Positions 33,485 through 43,847 of a stretch of 64,000 bases of DNA are shown here, piece by piece; the stretch's first letter is position 1, and each line of letters starts with the position of its first letter. The notes beneath the pieces were generated by a model. It saw only the letters and a program-made list of their open reading frames with translations, searched no databases and was not told where the DNA came from. A program made the translations under genes and the position numbers. This stretch comes from an uncultured Planctomycetia bacterium. Its GTDB lineage: Bacteria > Omnitrophota > Gorgyraeia > Duberdicusellales > 4484-171. The stretch covers positions 20,079 through 84,078 of the forward strand of contig CAZSDJ010000001.1 of assembly GCA_964605645.1 (NCBI GenBank), in the 5' to 3' direction.

Positions 33485-35020
33485 ATGTTTAGAAAAATAG
33501 CAAAAAATATAACTTTGATGGGATCGGGAACCTTGGTTTCCCGAATCTTTGGATTTGTGAGGGATGTTCTAATTGCAAGTTTTTTTGGGACATCAGCCGG
33601 CCTCGAAGCATTTCTAGTATCTTTTCGTATCCCCAATCTTTTTAGAAGTATATTTGCCGAAGGATTTTCTGATTCGGTTGCGACTCCAATTCTGGCTGCT
33701 TATCGTAAAGATAAAGAAAAAATGCTGGCAATTGGGCAAGATTTAATTTGTGTATTGAGTTTTTTTCTTATCATTTTTACTGTTATCGGCATTATTTTTG
33801 CTAAATATTTTGTAATTTTAGTTGCTCCCGGCTTTATCGCTCAAAGTTATAAATTCAATTTAGCAGTATCTTTTACCCAAATTACTTTTTTTTACTTATT
33901 TTTAATTGGATTAACTTCAAATTTTATTTCAATACTTTATGCTTTAAAAAAGTTCTTTATACCGGCTATCTCTCCAGTTTTTTTAAACCTTTGTTTTATT
34001 TTAGGAATATTGTCTTTTGGGAAAACATTAGGGGTTGAGATTTTAGTTTTTTCTATTTTAGTGGGAGGAACCGTACAATTATTATTTTCATTTTTTGCTA
34101 TTTATCAAAAAGGTTTTCGGCCCATTTTTAATCTTAAAAAAGCTTTAGCTAATAGTGAGATCATCAGAATGTTTAAGCTTTTTGTGGGAAGATTGTTTTC
34201 AAGCATTATTTATCATTTAAGTGTTTTGGTGGATACGATATTTTCATCATTTACTTTTCTTGTGGGCCAAGGTGCTTTAGCTTCTATCTATTATGCAAAT
34301 CGATTGATCCAATTTCCGTTTGCTTTGATTATTTTATCTTTATCGAGAGTAATTATGGTTGATTTATCTTTTTACCATAAACAGAAAGATTTAAATAAAT
34401 TTAAAGAACTCTTATCTTTTTCTTTTCAAAATCTGATTTTTTTTATTTTGCCAATTACAATAATTTTTCTTTTTATCCCGAGGGGGATAATTAACGTTAT
34501 ATTTGGCAGAGGCCAATTTGACCTTTATTCTTTAAATATGACTTCATCTGTACTTTTCTTTTATGCTTTTGGTTTGTTCTTTTTCTGCGGGATAAGGTTA
34601 ATGGTTAATTCATTTTACGCGTTAGCCGATACTAAAACACCGGCAAAAAGTGCAGGCTTAGCGCTTTTAGCCAATATAATTTTAAGCGGGATATTAATAT
34701 TTCCGTTGGGGGTAGGAGGGGTAGCTTTAGGCAGCAGCCTGGCCGCAATGCTTAATTTTTTCTTGCTTTATTTTTTATTAACTAAAAAAATAGGCGGTAT
34801 TACTTTGGAGGGGATTAAGGATTATTTTGTTAAAGTTCTGATTCTAAGTTTAATTCATGGAATTATTTCTCGTTTAATATGGGATTTAGTTTTTTTTAAT
34901 AAATATTTAAAATTAGGGATTGTTTTGATTGTAGGATTATTTGTTTTTTTATTAGGCGGATATATCTTAAAAATAAAACAAATTAAATTATTTTGGCAAT
35001 GGGTATTAAAGAAAAGATAA
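33485..35020 (+). CDS. murJ: lipid II flippase MurJ
   Basis: The N-terminal block MGSGTLVSRIFGFVRDVLIASFFGTS..DAFLVSFRIPNLFRSIFAEGFSDS is the MurJ/MviN signature. About 14 TM segments, 511 aa. Confidence 0.9.
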   Translation: MFRKIAKNITLMGSGTLVSRIFGFVRDVLIASFFGTSAGLEAFLVSFRIPNLFRSIFAEGFSDSVATPILAAYRKDKEKMLAIGQDLICVLSFFLIIFTVIGIIFAKYFVILVAPGFIAQSYKFNLAVSFTQITFFYLFLIGLTSNFISILYALKKFFIPAISPVFLNLCFILGILSFGKTLGVEILVFSILVGGTVQLLFSFFAIYQKGFRPIFNLKKALANSEIIRMFKLFVGRLFSSIIYHLSVLVDTIFSSFTFLVGQGALASIYYANRLIQFPFALIILSLSRVIMVDLSFYHKQKDLNKFKELLSFSFQNLIFFILPITIIFLFIPRGIINVIFGRGQFDLYSLNMTSSVLFFYAFGLFFFCGIRLMVNSFYALADTKTPAKSAGLALLANIILSGILIFPLGVGGVALGSSLAAMLNFFLLYFLLTKKIGGITLEGIKDYFVKVLILSLIHGIISRLIWDLVFFNKYLKLGIVLIVGLFVFLLGGYILKIKQIKLFWQWVLKKR

Positions 35021-36231
35021 AAAAACTTCCCGATACCCCCGGTGTATATATTATGAAATCAGAAAGAAGAGGTATTTTATACATAGGTAAAGCAACTTCT
35101 TTGAAAAAAAGAGTAGCTACTTATTTTAATCTAAAGCTTTCAGGAAAAAATAAGATGCTGGTTGAACAAGTTAGAGGTATCGATTACATCGAGTGTGAAA
35201 GCCCGCAACAGGCCTTAATTTTAGAAGCAGCTTTAATTAAAGAGCATAAACCAAAGTATAATATTTCCTTAAAAGACAGTAAAAGCTATCCCTATATAGA
35301 AATTACTAAAGAAAAGCATCCGCGAGTTTTTATTTCACGAGCTAAACATAAAAAAAATAGTTTTTTTTACGGGCCTTATACCGATGCGGCGCCGCTGAAG
35401 CAAGCTTTAAAATTAATTCGCAAAATATTTCCTTTTTGTTCCCGACGCGGCAGGCGGCGTAATCTTTGTTTGTATTATCATATTGGATTGTGCCCGGGGC
35501 CTTGTGCTGATAAAATTAGTCCATCAGAATACAATGAAAATATTAAAGCGATAAAAAAAATATTGAAAGGTAAGAGGCGGGAGTTAATAGCTGGTTATAA
35601 AAAGAAGATGGAAAAATTAGCTAATTTAAAAAAATATGAAAAAGCAGCTCAAGTTCGCGATAAAATTTATGCCATTGAAAATATTTATAAAGGGCGCCCG
35701 CGCCTGCATGAATTATTAGCTTTAAAGAAAGGATTGGGGTTGTCTAAATTGCCACTGTTAATTGAAGCTATTGATATTTCTGCTTTGGGAAAAACAGATG
35801 CTGCCGGTTCGGTTGTTGTATTTCGAGATGCTGCTGCTGACAAAAGCAGTTATCGGCGTTTTTTAATAAAAAATGTAAAAGGAATTGATGATTACAAGAG
35901 AACTGAAGAAGTTGTTTTGCGAAGATATTCTCGCTTAAAAGCTGAAAGAAAGAAGTTACCTGATTTAGTTTTGATCGATGGCGGCAAAGGCCATGTCGTT
36001 TCGGCAGCTCAAGTTTTTAAAAAATTAGAAATTCAAATAGCTTTAATCGGCCTGGCGAAAAAAAACGAAGAGGTTTGGTTTCCGAACAAGGATAAACCTA
36101 AGATTTTTGCAAAAAGTGATCTTGCCTTGCACCTTCTGCAAAGGATCAGAGATGAGGCCCATCGCTTTGCCCGTGCTTATCATCTTTTGCGAAGAAGAAA
36201 AAGGGAGTTAGATAAAAAGAAACCTGAATAA
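34993..36231 (+). CDS. uvrC: excinuclease ABC subunit C, short form lacking C-terminal (HhH)2 domain
   Basis: GIY-YIG motif (PGVYIMKS...ILYIGKA...YF), Cys cluster CSRRGRRRNLC..C, UVR-domain heptads (KKMEKLANLKKYEKAAQVRDKIYAIEN), and an RNase-H-like endonuclease block PDLVLIDGGKGHV...IRDEAHRFA. 412 aa. Confidence 0.75.
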   Translation: MAMGIKEKIKKLPDTPGVYIMKSERRGILYIGKATSLKKRVATYFNLKLSGKNKMLVEQVRGIDYIECESPQQALILEAALIKEHKPKYNISLKDSKSYPYIEITKEKHPRVFISRAKHKKNSFFYGPYTDAAPLKQALKLIRKIFPFCSRRGRRRNLCLYYHIGLCPGPCADKISPSEYNENIKAIKKILKGKRRELIAGYKKKMEKLANLKKYEKAAQVRDKIYAIENIYKGRPRLHELLALKKGLGLSKLPLLIEAIDISALGKTDAAGSVVVFRDAAADKSSYRRFLIKNVKGIDDYKRTEEVVLRRYSRLKAERKKLPDLVLIDGGKGHVVSAAQVFKKLEIQIALIGLAKKNEEVWFPNKDKPKIFAKSDLALHLLQRIRDEAHRFARAYHLLRRRKRELDKKKPE

Positions 36232-36349
36232 AAAATTAATAAAATTTGAGAAAGACAGAAAAGATATGATAGAATATAACAACAAAAGACAGTAATTTAA
36301 TAAATCTCGAGCGAATCGTTGCCAGAGATAGAAGAGTTAGGAGGTAAGA

Positions 36350-37417
36350 ATGAACATAGAGGACATATTTACAATAATGATAGACAAGAATGCTTCTGAT
36401 TTATTTATAAGAGCAGGCGGCCCTTTAAGGGTTCGCATAGAGAATAAAGTGCAATCTTTAGACGAAAATAAAATAAAACCGGAAGAGGTAAGAGATTTAA
36501 TAAAAAAAATACCGGATGCCCAAGCAAAAGAAGATTTAGAAAATAAAAAAAATTGCGAGCTGACTCTTTGGTATAAAGAAGATTGGCGTTTTAGAATAAG
36601 TATTTTTTATCAAAGGAATACACCGGCTATTGTAATTCGGAAAATTGACTTAAGGCTGAGTTCTTTTGAAGCATTAAATTTACCAGCTAAAGTACTGGGA
36701 AATTTATCAAGACAACGCAGAGGTTTAGTTTTGTTAACAGGAACAACCGGTTCCGGCAAATCAACTACCATTGCCACCATGATAGAGAACATAAATAAAA
36801 GTTTAGGGTATCATATCCTTACTATCGAAGAACCTGTAGAGTTTACATTTGAAGATAAACTTTCAATGATAAATCAGAGAGAAATCGGCAAAGATGTGCG
36901 AGACTATAAGGAAGCTTTAAAACAATTTGCGTTTCATTCACCGGATGTGATCTTTATCGGTAACATTCGAGATGCAGAAACTTGCCATGCAGCTTTGACT
37001 GCAGCTGAAACCGGGGTTTTAGTTTTGTCTACTATTCATACCGTGAATGCATCTTCGACTATAGAAAGGATTATAAATTTTTTCCCGCCTCACCAACATA
37101 ATCTAATTATAAGCCAACTTTCGAGGCTTTTGAAAGGGGTGTTTTCTCAAAGGTTACTCCCCAAAGAGGGAGGCGGGCTTATCCCTGCCTGTGAGTCTAT
37201 GGTTTTGAGCCCTTCGATAGCAAGGTTGATTAGAGAGGATAAGATTTGGGAAATTCCTAAATACATAGCTTCAGGAGATGTTTACGGGATGAACACCTTT
37301 AATCAATCATTGCTTGAATTAGTTAAGGCAAAAAAAATAACTTATCAAGTCGCCTTAGAGTATTCAGATCAAAGAGAGGACCTGGAGATAGAACTGCGTA
37401 ATAATAATCTTATCTAA
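36350..37417 (+). CDS. pilT: type IV pilus retraction ATPase PilT
   Basis: GLVLLTGTTGSGKSTT is Walker A. The Asp box, His box (IIFIGNIRD...TIHT) and AIRNLIRE-like IARLIRED motif are present. 355 aa. Confidence 0.9.
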   Translation: MNIEDIFTIMIDKNASDLFIRAGGPLRVRIENKVQSLDENKIKPEEVRDLIKKIPDAQAKEDLENKKNCELTLWYKEDWRFRISIFYQRNTPAIVIRKIDLRLSSFEALNLPAKVLGNLSRQRRGLVLLTGTTGSGKSTTIATMIENINKSLGYHILTIEEPVEFTFEDKLSMINQREIGKDVRDYKEALKQFAFHSPDVIFIGNIRDAETCHAALTAAETGVLVLSTIHTVNASSTIERIINFFPPHQHNLIISQLSRLLKGVFSQRLLPKEGGGLIPACESMVLSPSIARLIREDKIWEIPKYIASGDVYGMNTFNQSLLELVKAKKITYQVALEYSDQREDLEIELRNNNLI

Positions 37418-37444
37418 GTAGTAATTAAAATTTATAAAATTTAT

Positions 37445-38530
37445 ATGGAAGATAAAAAGAGTAGAATTTTAGAAATAAAAAAGGGTGCTAAAGATTTAAA
37501 AAAGATATTAGGTATAGATCAAAAAAAAGAAAAAATAAAGAAATTGGAAAATAAAATGGCAGAACCTGATTTTTGGCAAGATAATAATTCTTCCAGCCAG
37601 GTAATTAAAAAACTTAAAAATCTAAAGAACGATGTGGAAGAATGGGAATATTTAAATAAAAAATTATTAGAATTACAGGAATTTATTGATATTGAAGATG
37701 CTTCCTTGGAGTCTGAGATTGACCAAGAAATGAAGCAAGTTGAAAAAAAATATCGCTGTTTAGAGTTGAAAACTCTTTTCTCAGGTAAGTTCGATCACGC
37801 AAATGCAATAGTTGAAATTAACTCGGGAGCCGGAGGTACAGAAGCCTGCGATTGGGCTTCAATGTTGTTTCGGATGTATTTTCGCTGGGCCGAAGAGAAA
37901 AATTTTAATTTAAAAGTTGTTAATCAAGTTCAAGGGGATGAAGCGGGGGTAAAAAATATAACTTTTTTTATTGAAGGGCAGCGAGCTTACGGATTATTGC
38001 AATCAGAGAGAGGGGTCCATAGATTAGTAAGGATTTCTCCTTTTGATTCAAATCGCAGAAGGCATACTTCTTTTGCTTCGGTTGATGTTATCCCGGAAGC
38101 GAAAGAAAATATTGATATTGAGATTAGGCCGCAGGATTTAAGAGTAGATACATATCGAGCTTCAGGCGCCGGCGGCCAACACGTTAATGTTACAGATTCT
38201 GCAGTAAGGATTACTCATCTTCCTACGGGTATTGTAGTCAGTTGTCAAAACGAAAGATCTCAGCATCAAAATAAATATGCAGCGCTTAAAGTTTTAAAAG
38301 CTAAATTGTACAAGCAAGAAGAAGAGGCCAAGCAGACTGAGTTAGACAAGATCAAAGGAAAAAAAAGAAAGATAGAATGGGGTTCCCAAATTAGGTCTTA
38401 CATCCTTCACCCTTATCTTTTGGTTAAGGATCATCGAACCGGTGTGGAAAATCATAATGCAGAAGCGGTTTTAGATGGCCAACTTGATGATTTTATGTGG
38501 GGATATTTAAAAACGCAAAAAAAGGATTAA
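37445..38530 (+). CDS. prfB: peptide chain release factor 2 (single ORF, no programmed frameshift)
   Basis: SPF tripeptide (RISPFDS), GGQ motif ([28 protein letters not shown]) and the N-terminal region (AEPDFWQD) are continuous in one frame. Confidence 0.9.
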   Translation: MEDKKSRILEIKKGAKDLKKILGIDQKKEKIKKLENKMAEPDFWQDNNSSSQVIKKLKNLKNDVEEWEYLNKKLLELQEFIDIEDASLESEIDQEMKQVEKKYRCLELKTLFSGKFDHANAIVEINSGAGGTEACDWASMLFRMYFRWAEEKNFNLKVVNQVQGDEAGVKNITFFIEGQRAYGLLQSERGVHRLVRISPFDSNRRRHTSFASVDVIPEAKENIDIEIRPQDLRVDTYRASGAGGQHVNVTDSAVRITHLPTGIVVSCQNERSQHQNKYAALKVLKAKLYKQEEEAKQTELDKIKGKKRKIEWGSQIRSYILHPYLLVKDHRTGVENHNAEAVLDGQLDDFMWGYLKTQKKD

Positions 38531-38531
38531 T

Positions 38532-41378
38532 ATGCTTAAAGGATTTATTTTTAAAAGAGCACAGCAAAAAATTAATAATTTAAGGCCAAAGGTAAATATT
38601 ACATTAAATAAAGAATTACCCACGCCTTCGGTAAGAGAAGTGGCCAATTTATCTCTAATTGTAAGTAAAGTTAATTCTTTTGAGCCGGAATTAAGAGATA
38701 AACCAGCTTCTTATTTTAAAGAAAAAACCAACGAGTTTAAAGATTTAATAAAAAATAGATTACAAAAAGAAAACAATGATCAACAAAGAGAAAAGATCCT
38801 TGATGAAATTTTACCTTTTTATTTTGCTTTAGTACGGGAGGCTGCCAAAAGAACCGTTCAAATGCGGCATTTTGATGTCCAGATTATAGGCGGGATCGTA
38901 TTGCATAAAAATAAAATAGCTGAAATGGTAACGGGGGAAGGAAAGACTTTAGTAGCGACGTTAGCCGCTTCCTTAAATACTTTAATTAACCGCGGGGTTC
39001 ATATTGTTACCGTTAATGATTATTTAGCGAAAAGAGATTCAGAGTGGATGGGGCCAATTTATCAATACTTAGGATTAACTGTGGGTGTGGTCCAAAGTGA
39101 TATGGATAAACAAGACAAAAAAGAAGCTTATAGCTGCGATATAACTTATGGGACTAATAATGAATTTGGCTTTGATTATTTAAGAGATAATATGGTAAAT
39201 AGCCTGGATGACATGGTGCAAAGAGGCCATTTTTACTCAATAGTCGATGAAGTGGATTCAATCTTAGTGGATGAAGCAAGAACTCCTTTAATTATTTCAG
39301 GCCCGGCGGATAGTTTTGTTAAAAAATATTATTTAGCTGACAAGGCAGTGCGGCAGCTAAAAATAAAAGAGATTATTCAAAGTTTTGAAAATAAAGATGA
39401 AACTATTACCATAAAAAACAAAGATGGAACACAAGTAAAAACTAGCCCGGAAGAATTGGAAGGCAATTTTGACGCGATTGCTGAAGAAAAGACAGGTAAC
39501 ACTTTTTTAACTCCGGCCGGTGAAAAAAAGTGTGAGCGTTTTTTAGGGGTAGGCAACATTAACGATCAGGCTCCGGATTCACAATCTAATCCTTGGATGC
39601 ATTACATTAATCAAAGCTTGCGGGCGCATCGTTTATTTAACCGGGAAAAAGAGTACATAATAAAAGACGGTAAGGTAATGATTGTGGATGAATTTACCGG
39701 CCGCCTGATGCCGGGCCGGCGTTGGTCAGACGGCCTGCATCAGGCAGTTGAGGCGAAAGAGGGCTTAAATATTCAGCAAGAAAGCCAGACCTTGGCTACA
39801 GTTACTTTGCAAAATTATTTTAGAATGTATGATAAATTAGCGGGGATGACCGGGACAGCCTACACTGAAGCGAAAGAATTTAAACATATATATAAATTAG
39901 ATACAGAAGTGATCCCGACCAACCAGCCTTTAATCAGGAGCAATTATCCCGATAGAATATATAAAACAAAAAAAGCAAAGTTCGATGCAGTGATTGAAGA
40001 AATTAGCGAGTGCAATCATAAGAAGAGGCCGGTGCTGGTGGGCACTACCTCTATCGAAGATTCTGAAACTCTTTCTTTTTTATTATCGAAAAAAGGGATT
40101 ACTCACAATATATTAAATGCTAAATACCACGAAAAAGAAGCTCATATTATTGCTCAAGCCGGGAAAGTAGAAGCTGTAACTATTGCAACGAATATGGCAG
40201 GCAGAGGGACTGATATCGTATTGGGAGGAAACCTTGACTATTTTATAAAAGATATATTAAGCCGCAACAATATTGACGGCGAAGATGAAAATTATGAAAA
40301 TAAATATCAAGAATTTTACAATCAATACAAGCAACAGTTTAGGCAAGAACACCAAAAAGTAGTTGAAGCCGAAGGGCTTCATATAATAGGGTCGCAACGC
40401 CATGAGGCTCGCCGAATTGACAATCAGCTGCGCGGCCGGGCCGGCAGGCAGGGAGATCCGGGTTCTTCGCGGTTTTATGTTTCCCTAGAAGATGACCTGA
40501 TGCGCCTTTTTGGTTCAGAGCGCATTTATAGTTTGATGAGTACCTTAGGTTTTCCCGAAGACCAGCCGATTGAGCATGGGATGATTACCCGGTCCCTCGC
40601 GGTTGCTCAAAAAAGGGTGGAGGGGCATAATTTTGAGATCAGAAAGCAGCTTTTGCAATATGATGACATAATGAATAAACAAAGAGAAGTAATTTATAAT
40701 CAAAGAAAAGAAATTTTAGAAAGCACAGATATCCGTGAAATGATTTTTGATATGACAGAAGAAGTTATCGAAAAGAATGTCTCTTATTATTTTGGCGAAA
40801 AAATAGACCTTTTGGGCTTAACGGGGTGGATTAAGTCAAAATTTAATTTAGAATTAGATTTTAAAAAATTAGCTGAACTGGATAAAAACAGTGCAATTAA
40901 TTTTATAAAAGAAAAGGCAAAGGATTTTTACAGTCAAAAAGAAAAAGAGGCGGGGTTAGAGCAGATGCGCCAGTTGGAGAAGATGATTTGCCTCTGGGCA
41001 CTAGACTCAAAATGGAAAGAACATTTACTGGTTTTAGATCATCTTAAAGAGGGGATTCACCTGCGCGGCCACGCGCAAGCTGATCCATTGGTAGAATATC
41101 AAAAAGAAACTTTTCTTGCTTTCGAAGAAATGATTGCATCCGTTAAAGATAAGGTAGTAGGGTTGATTTATAAAGCAAAAATTAGATCTGAAGAAAAAAA
41201 AGAGGTTTTTGGCGAAGGCCGGAAAAATCTTGTTCATTCTAAATATTCACCTTTACAAAAAAAAGAACCAGTCAAAAAGAAGCCGCAGGCGCCGAAAGCA
41301 ACAACTAAAAAAGTAGGCAGGAACGATCCATGCCCGTGCGGTTCCGGCAAAAAATACAAAAAATGCTGCGGCCGGTAA
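38532..41378 (+). CDS. secA: preprotein translocase ATPase SecA
   Basis: DEAD-motor motifs ([41 protein letters not shown]), a long helical scaffold and the C-terminal zinc motif [14 protein letters not shown]. 948 aa. Confidence 0.95.
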   Translation: MLKGFIFKRAQQKINNLRPKVNITLNKELPTPSVREVANLSLIVSKVNSFEPELRDKPASYFKEKTNEFKDLIKNRLQKENNDQQREKILDEILPFYFALVREAAKRTVQMRHFDVQIIGGIVLHKNKIAEMVTGEGKTLVATLAASLNTLINRGVHIVTVNDYLAKRDSEWMGPIYQYLGLTVGVVQSDMDKQDKKEAYSCDITYGTNNEFGFDYLRDNMVNSLDDMVQRGHFYSIVDEVDSILVDEARTPLIISGPADSFVKKYYLADKAVRQLKIKEIIQSFENKDETITIKNKDGTQVKTSPEELEGNFDAIAEEKTGNTFLTPAGEKKCERFLGVGNINDQAPDSQSNPWMHYINQSLRAHRLFNREKEYIIKDGKVMIVDEFTGRLMPGRRWSDGLHQAVEAKEGLNIQQESQTLATVTLQNYFRMYDKLAGMTGTAYTEAKEFKHIYKLDTEVIPTNQPLIRSNYPDRIYKTKKAKFDAVIEEISECNHKKRPVLVGTTSIEDSETLSFLLSKKGITHNILNAKYHEKEAHIIAQAGKVEAVTIATNMAGRGTDIVLGGNLDYFIKDILSRNNIDGEDENYENKYQEFYNQYKQQFRQEHQKVVEAEGLHIIGSQRHEARRIDNQLRGRAGRQGDPGSSRFYVSLEDDLMRLFGSERIYSLMSTLGFPEDQPIEHGMITRSLAVAQKRVEGHNFEIRKQLLQYDDIMNKQREVIYNQRKEILESTDIREMIFDMTEEVIEKNVSYYFGEKIDLLGLTGWIKSKFNLELDFKKLAELDKNSAINFIKEKAKDFYSQKEKEAGLEQMRQLEKMICLWALDSKWKEHLLVLDHLKEGIHLRGHAQADPLVEYQKETFLAFEEMIASVKDKVVGLIYKAKIRSEEKKEVFGEGRKNLVHSKYSPLQKKEPVKKKPQAPKATTKKVGRNDPCPCGSGKKYKKCCGR

Positions 41379-41379
41379 A

Positions 41380-42834
41380 ATGAAAAAATTAATTTCTATA
41401 ATTTTAAGTGGTTTAGGGGTTGCTGTAAGCTTTAACTTTCCTGATTTTTCTTTTTTAATTTGGATCTCGCTTGTCCCGCTTTTTTATTTACTAGATAAAA
41501 AAGCTTCCCCACAGAGAGCTATTTATTTTTTAATATTCGGATTTATTTATTATGGCCTAACGCTTTATTGGATAGCTTATGTATCGATATTAGGCTTTAT
41601 CCTGCTTGTAATTTATTTATCTTTATTGCTGCTTTTATTTTATTTTTTCGGGACTTTTTTTATAAAGCGCCCTTTACAATATTTAACTATTCCTTTTCTT
41701 TGGGTAGCAATTGAATTTTTAAAAGAAAGTATTTGGTGTGATTTTAGCTGGGCAAATTTAGGTTACTCTCAGTTTAACAATCTTTATTTAATTCAAATTG
41801 CTGACTTAGGGGGTGTAAAATTAATCAGTTTTACGATAGTTCTCATAAATTTTTTAATTTGGCAGGCATTATCAGTAAGTAAAAATAAAAAAAATAATAT
41901 TTTTCAGAAAGCGTTATTGCCAAAATTAGGAGTTATTTTATTTATTTTTATCGTAATTATAACTTATTCAGTTTATAAAATTAATAAAATTAAAACTAAC
42001 GGGAAAGTTAGAGTTTCTCTGATTCAAACCAATATTTTAGATAAACATTTATTAAATGAAAGCAAGAAGCTTGATATTTTAAAAGATTTAACCCAGTTGG
42101 CTAAAAAAACTCCTCAAAGAAATTTAATTATATTTCCGGAAGCTGCTTGGCCTTATACCTTGGATAGTGCCGGCAGGAAAAAGCTTAAATATTTTACAAA
42201 CAAAATTGATAGAGATATTTTGATTGGGGCTATAACTGAAATTGAAAAAAAATATTATAATTCTGCTATCTATTTAAATCAAAGCGGCCGGATAGTTGAT
42301 CAATACCATAAAATCAATCTTGTCCCTTTTGGAGAATATGTTCCTTTGAGAAGATATTTAAAATTTATCAAAGTTTTAAACAGTATTGGTGATATCACAC
42401 CGGGAGAAGAAGCCAAGGTTTTTAGTTATCACGATAAAAAATTTTCGGTACTTATTTGTTTTGAAGATATTTTTCCAAATTATGTAGCTAATGTAGCCAG
42501 GGATAAAGATTTTTTGATAAACATTACTGATGACAGTTGGTTTTACGGCCAACCGGAAGCGACCCAGCATTTATCGATCATGGCTTTACGGGCTATAGAA
42601 AATAGAATAGCGATAGTAAGAGCAGCAAACACGGGGATTAGCGGCTGGGTATCGCCGCAAGGTTATGTAACAAAACTGAGTAAAAATAAAAAAGAATTAT
42701 TTATTCGGGCTAAGGAAGATTTTATAATTTCAACAAGAAAAAAAAGAAGTTTTTACAATCAGAGAAAAGGCTGGCTTGTTTTACTGGCTTTTATTTTTTT
42801 AACAATTATATTTTTTAAGAAGAAAGTTGATTAA
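41380..42834 (+). CDS. lnt: apolipoprotein N-acyltransferase
   Basis: About 6 N-terminal TM segments are followed by a CN-hydrolase domain (IIFPEAAWP...K...LICFEDIFP containing the catalytic Cys) and a C-terminal TM. 484 aa. Confidence 0.85.
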   Translation: MKKLISIILSGLGVAVSFNFPDFSFLIWISLVPLFYLLDKKASPQRAIYFLIFGFIYYGLTLYWIAYVSILGFILLVIYLSLLLLLFYFFGTFFIKRPLQYLTIPFLWVAIEFLKESIWCDFSWANLGYSQFNNLYLIQIADLGGVKLISFTIVLINFLIWQALSVSKNKKNNIFQKALLPKLGVILFIFIVIITYSVYKINKIKTNGKVRVSLIQTNILDKHLLNESKKLDILKDLTQLAKKTPQRNLIIFPEAAWPYTLDSAGRKKLKYFTNKIDRDILIGAITEIEKKYYNSAIYLNQSGRIVDQYHKINLVPFGEYVPLRRYLKFIKVLNSIGDITPGEEAKVFSYHDKKFSVLICFEDIFPNYVANVARDKDFLINITDDSWFYGQPEATQHLSIMALRAIENRIAIVRAANTGISGWVSPQGYVTKLSKNKKELFIRAKEDFIISTRKKRSFYNQRKGWLVLLAFIFLTIIFFKKKVD

Positions 42835-42854
42835 ACCAAAAGCTTTGTTATAAT

Positions 42855-43805
42855 TTGTTTGCCATGGATAAAAAAGAAAAAAAGAAATTATTAAGAAGAA
42901 AAATTGGCCTGTATTTTATCAAAACTTTTACTTTTTTGGCCGGGGCGGTGCCGCTTCCGGTAAATCTTTTCTTCGGTAAAATTTTAGGGTCTTTAGCTTA
43001 TTTGGTTTTAGGGCGTCATCGTAAAATTGCCTTAGATAGCCTGGCGATAGCCTTTCCCCATTATAGTTTAGAAAGAAGAAAAAAGATTGCTAAGCAATTT
43101 TTTGTTTTTATTACCGAAGGCGGTTTTGAACTTATTTATTACCTTAATAATGTCAAAAAAATGCATCAACCGGTTAAAATTGAAGGCAAGGATAATTTAG
43201 ATCAAGCTTTAGCAAAAGGCAGGGGTGTAATTTTAATTACGGCTCACTATGGAAATTTTCCGTTGATGAGCTTACGTCTTGCGGCAGAGGGTTATCCGGT
43301 AAATCTGGTGACGCGGCCGATGCGGGATCAATATGCAGAAAGCCATTTTCATAAATTAAGGACAGATGCCGGGGTAAAAAATATCTCTGTTTATCCCCGC
43401 CGCGCTTGTGTATCGGGGATTATCAATGCTTTGGATAATAATGAAATTGTAATAATTCTGATGGATCTAAATTTTGGCACCGGCGGGGTCTGGGTTAAAT
43501 TTTTTAATAAATTAGCGGCAACTCCAACCGGGCCGATAATTTTGTCTCTGCGGACTAAGGCGGCTTTGGTGCCTTCTTATATATATAGGAAAGGCGGCAA
43601 AAGGCACGGCCTAAAAGTTTTTCCGGAAGAAGATTTAATAGAGGGCAAAGATAAGGATGAAACGATACTGCTTAATGCCGCTAATTTTACAAAAATTATT
43701 GAAAAGTGGATTAAAGCCAGGCCGGATCATTGGAGCTGGGTTCACCGCCGCTGGAAGTCGCGGCCGCCAAAAAATGTAGATAAAAATAAGGTATTTAATA
43801 GATAA
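42855..43805 (+). CDS. LpxL/HtrB-family lipid A biosynthesis (late) acyltransferase
   Basis: An N-terminal membrane anchor is followed by ITAHYGNFPLMS, comparable to the LTGHFGNWE acyltransferase HX4(D/E)-like block. 316 aa. Located beside lnt. Confidence 0.6.
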   Translation: MFAMDKKEKKKLLRRKIGLYFIKTFTFLAGAVPLPVNLFFGKILGSLAYLVLGRHRKIALDSLAIAFPHYSLERRKKIAKQFFVFITEGGFELIYYLNNVKKMHQPVKIEGKDNLDQALAKGRGVILITAHYGNFPLMSLRLAAEGYPVNLVTRPMRDQYAESHFHKLRTDAGVKNISVYPRRACVSGIINALDNNEIVIILMDLNFGTGGVWVKFFNKLAATPTGPIILSLRTKAALVPSYIYRKGGKRHGLKVFPEEDLIEGKDKDETILLNAANFTKIIEKWIKARPDHWSWVHRRWKSRPPKNVDKNKVFNR

Positions 43806-43847
43806 TATTTATTGTAAACGCTTACTTTTTTTGATAAAATAAGGCAG

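Noticed and set aside
33412-33636. N-terminal 75-aa extension of the 160-aa minus-strand ORF containing rpsT
   Set aside because: S20 homology begins at the internal Met (MPQRRAAEKALRQ), which has a perfect AAAGGAGGG RBS. The extension overlaps the murJ start on the other strand and has no homology.
37445-37560. Programmed +1 frameshift site in prfB
   Set aside because: I looked for one because RF2 genes often have it. The ORF is continuous and no CUU-UGA-C context is present.
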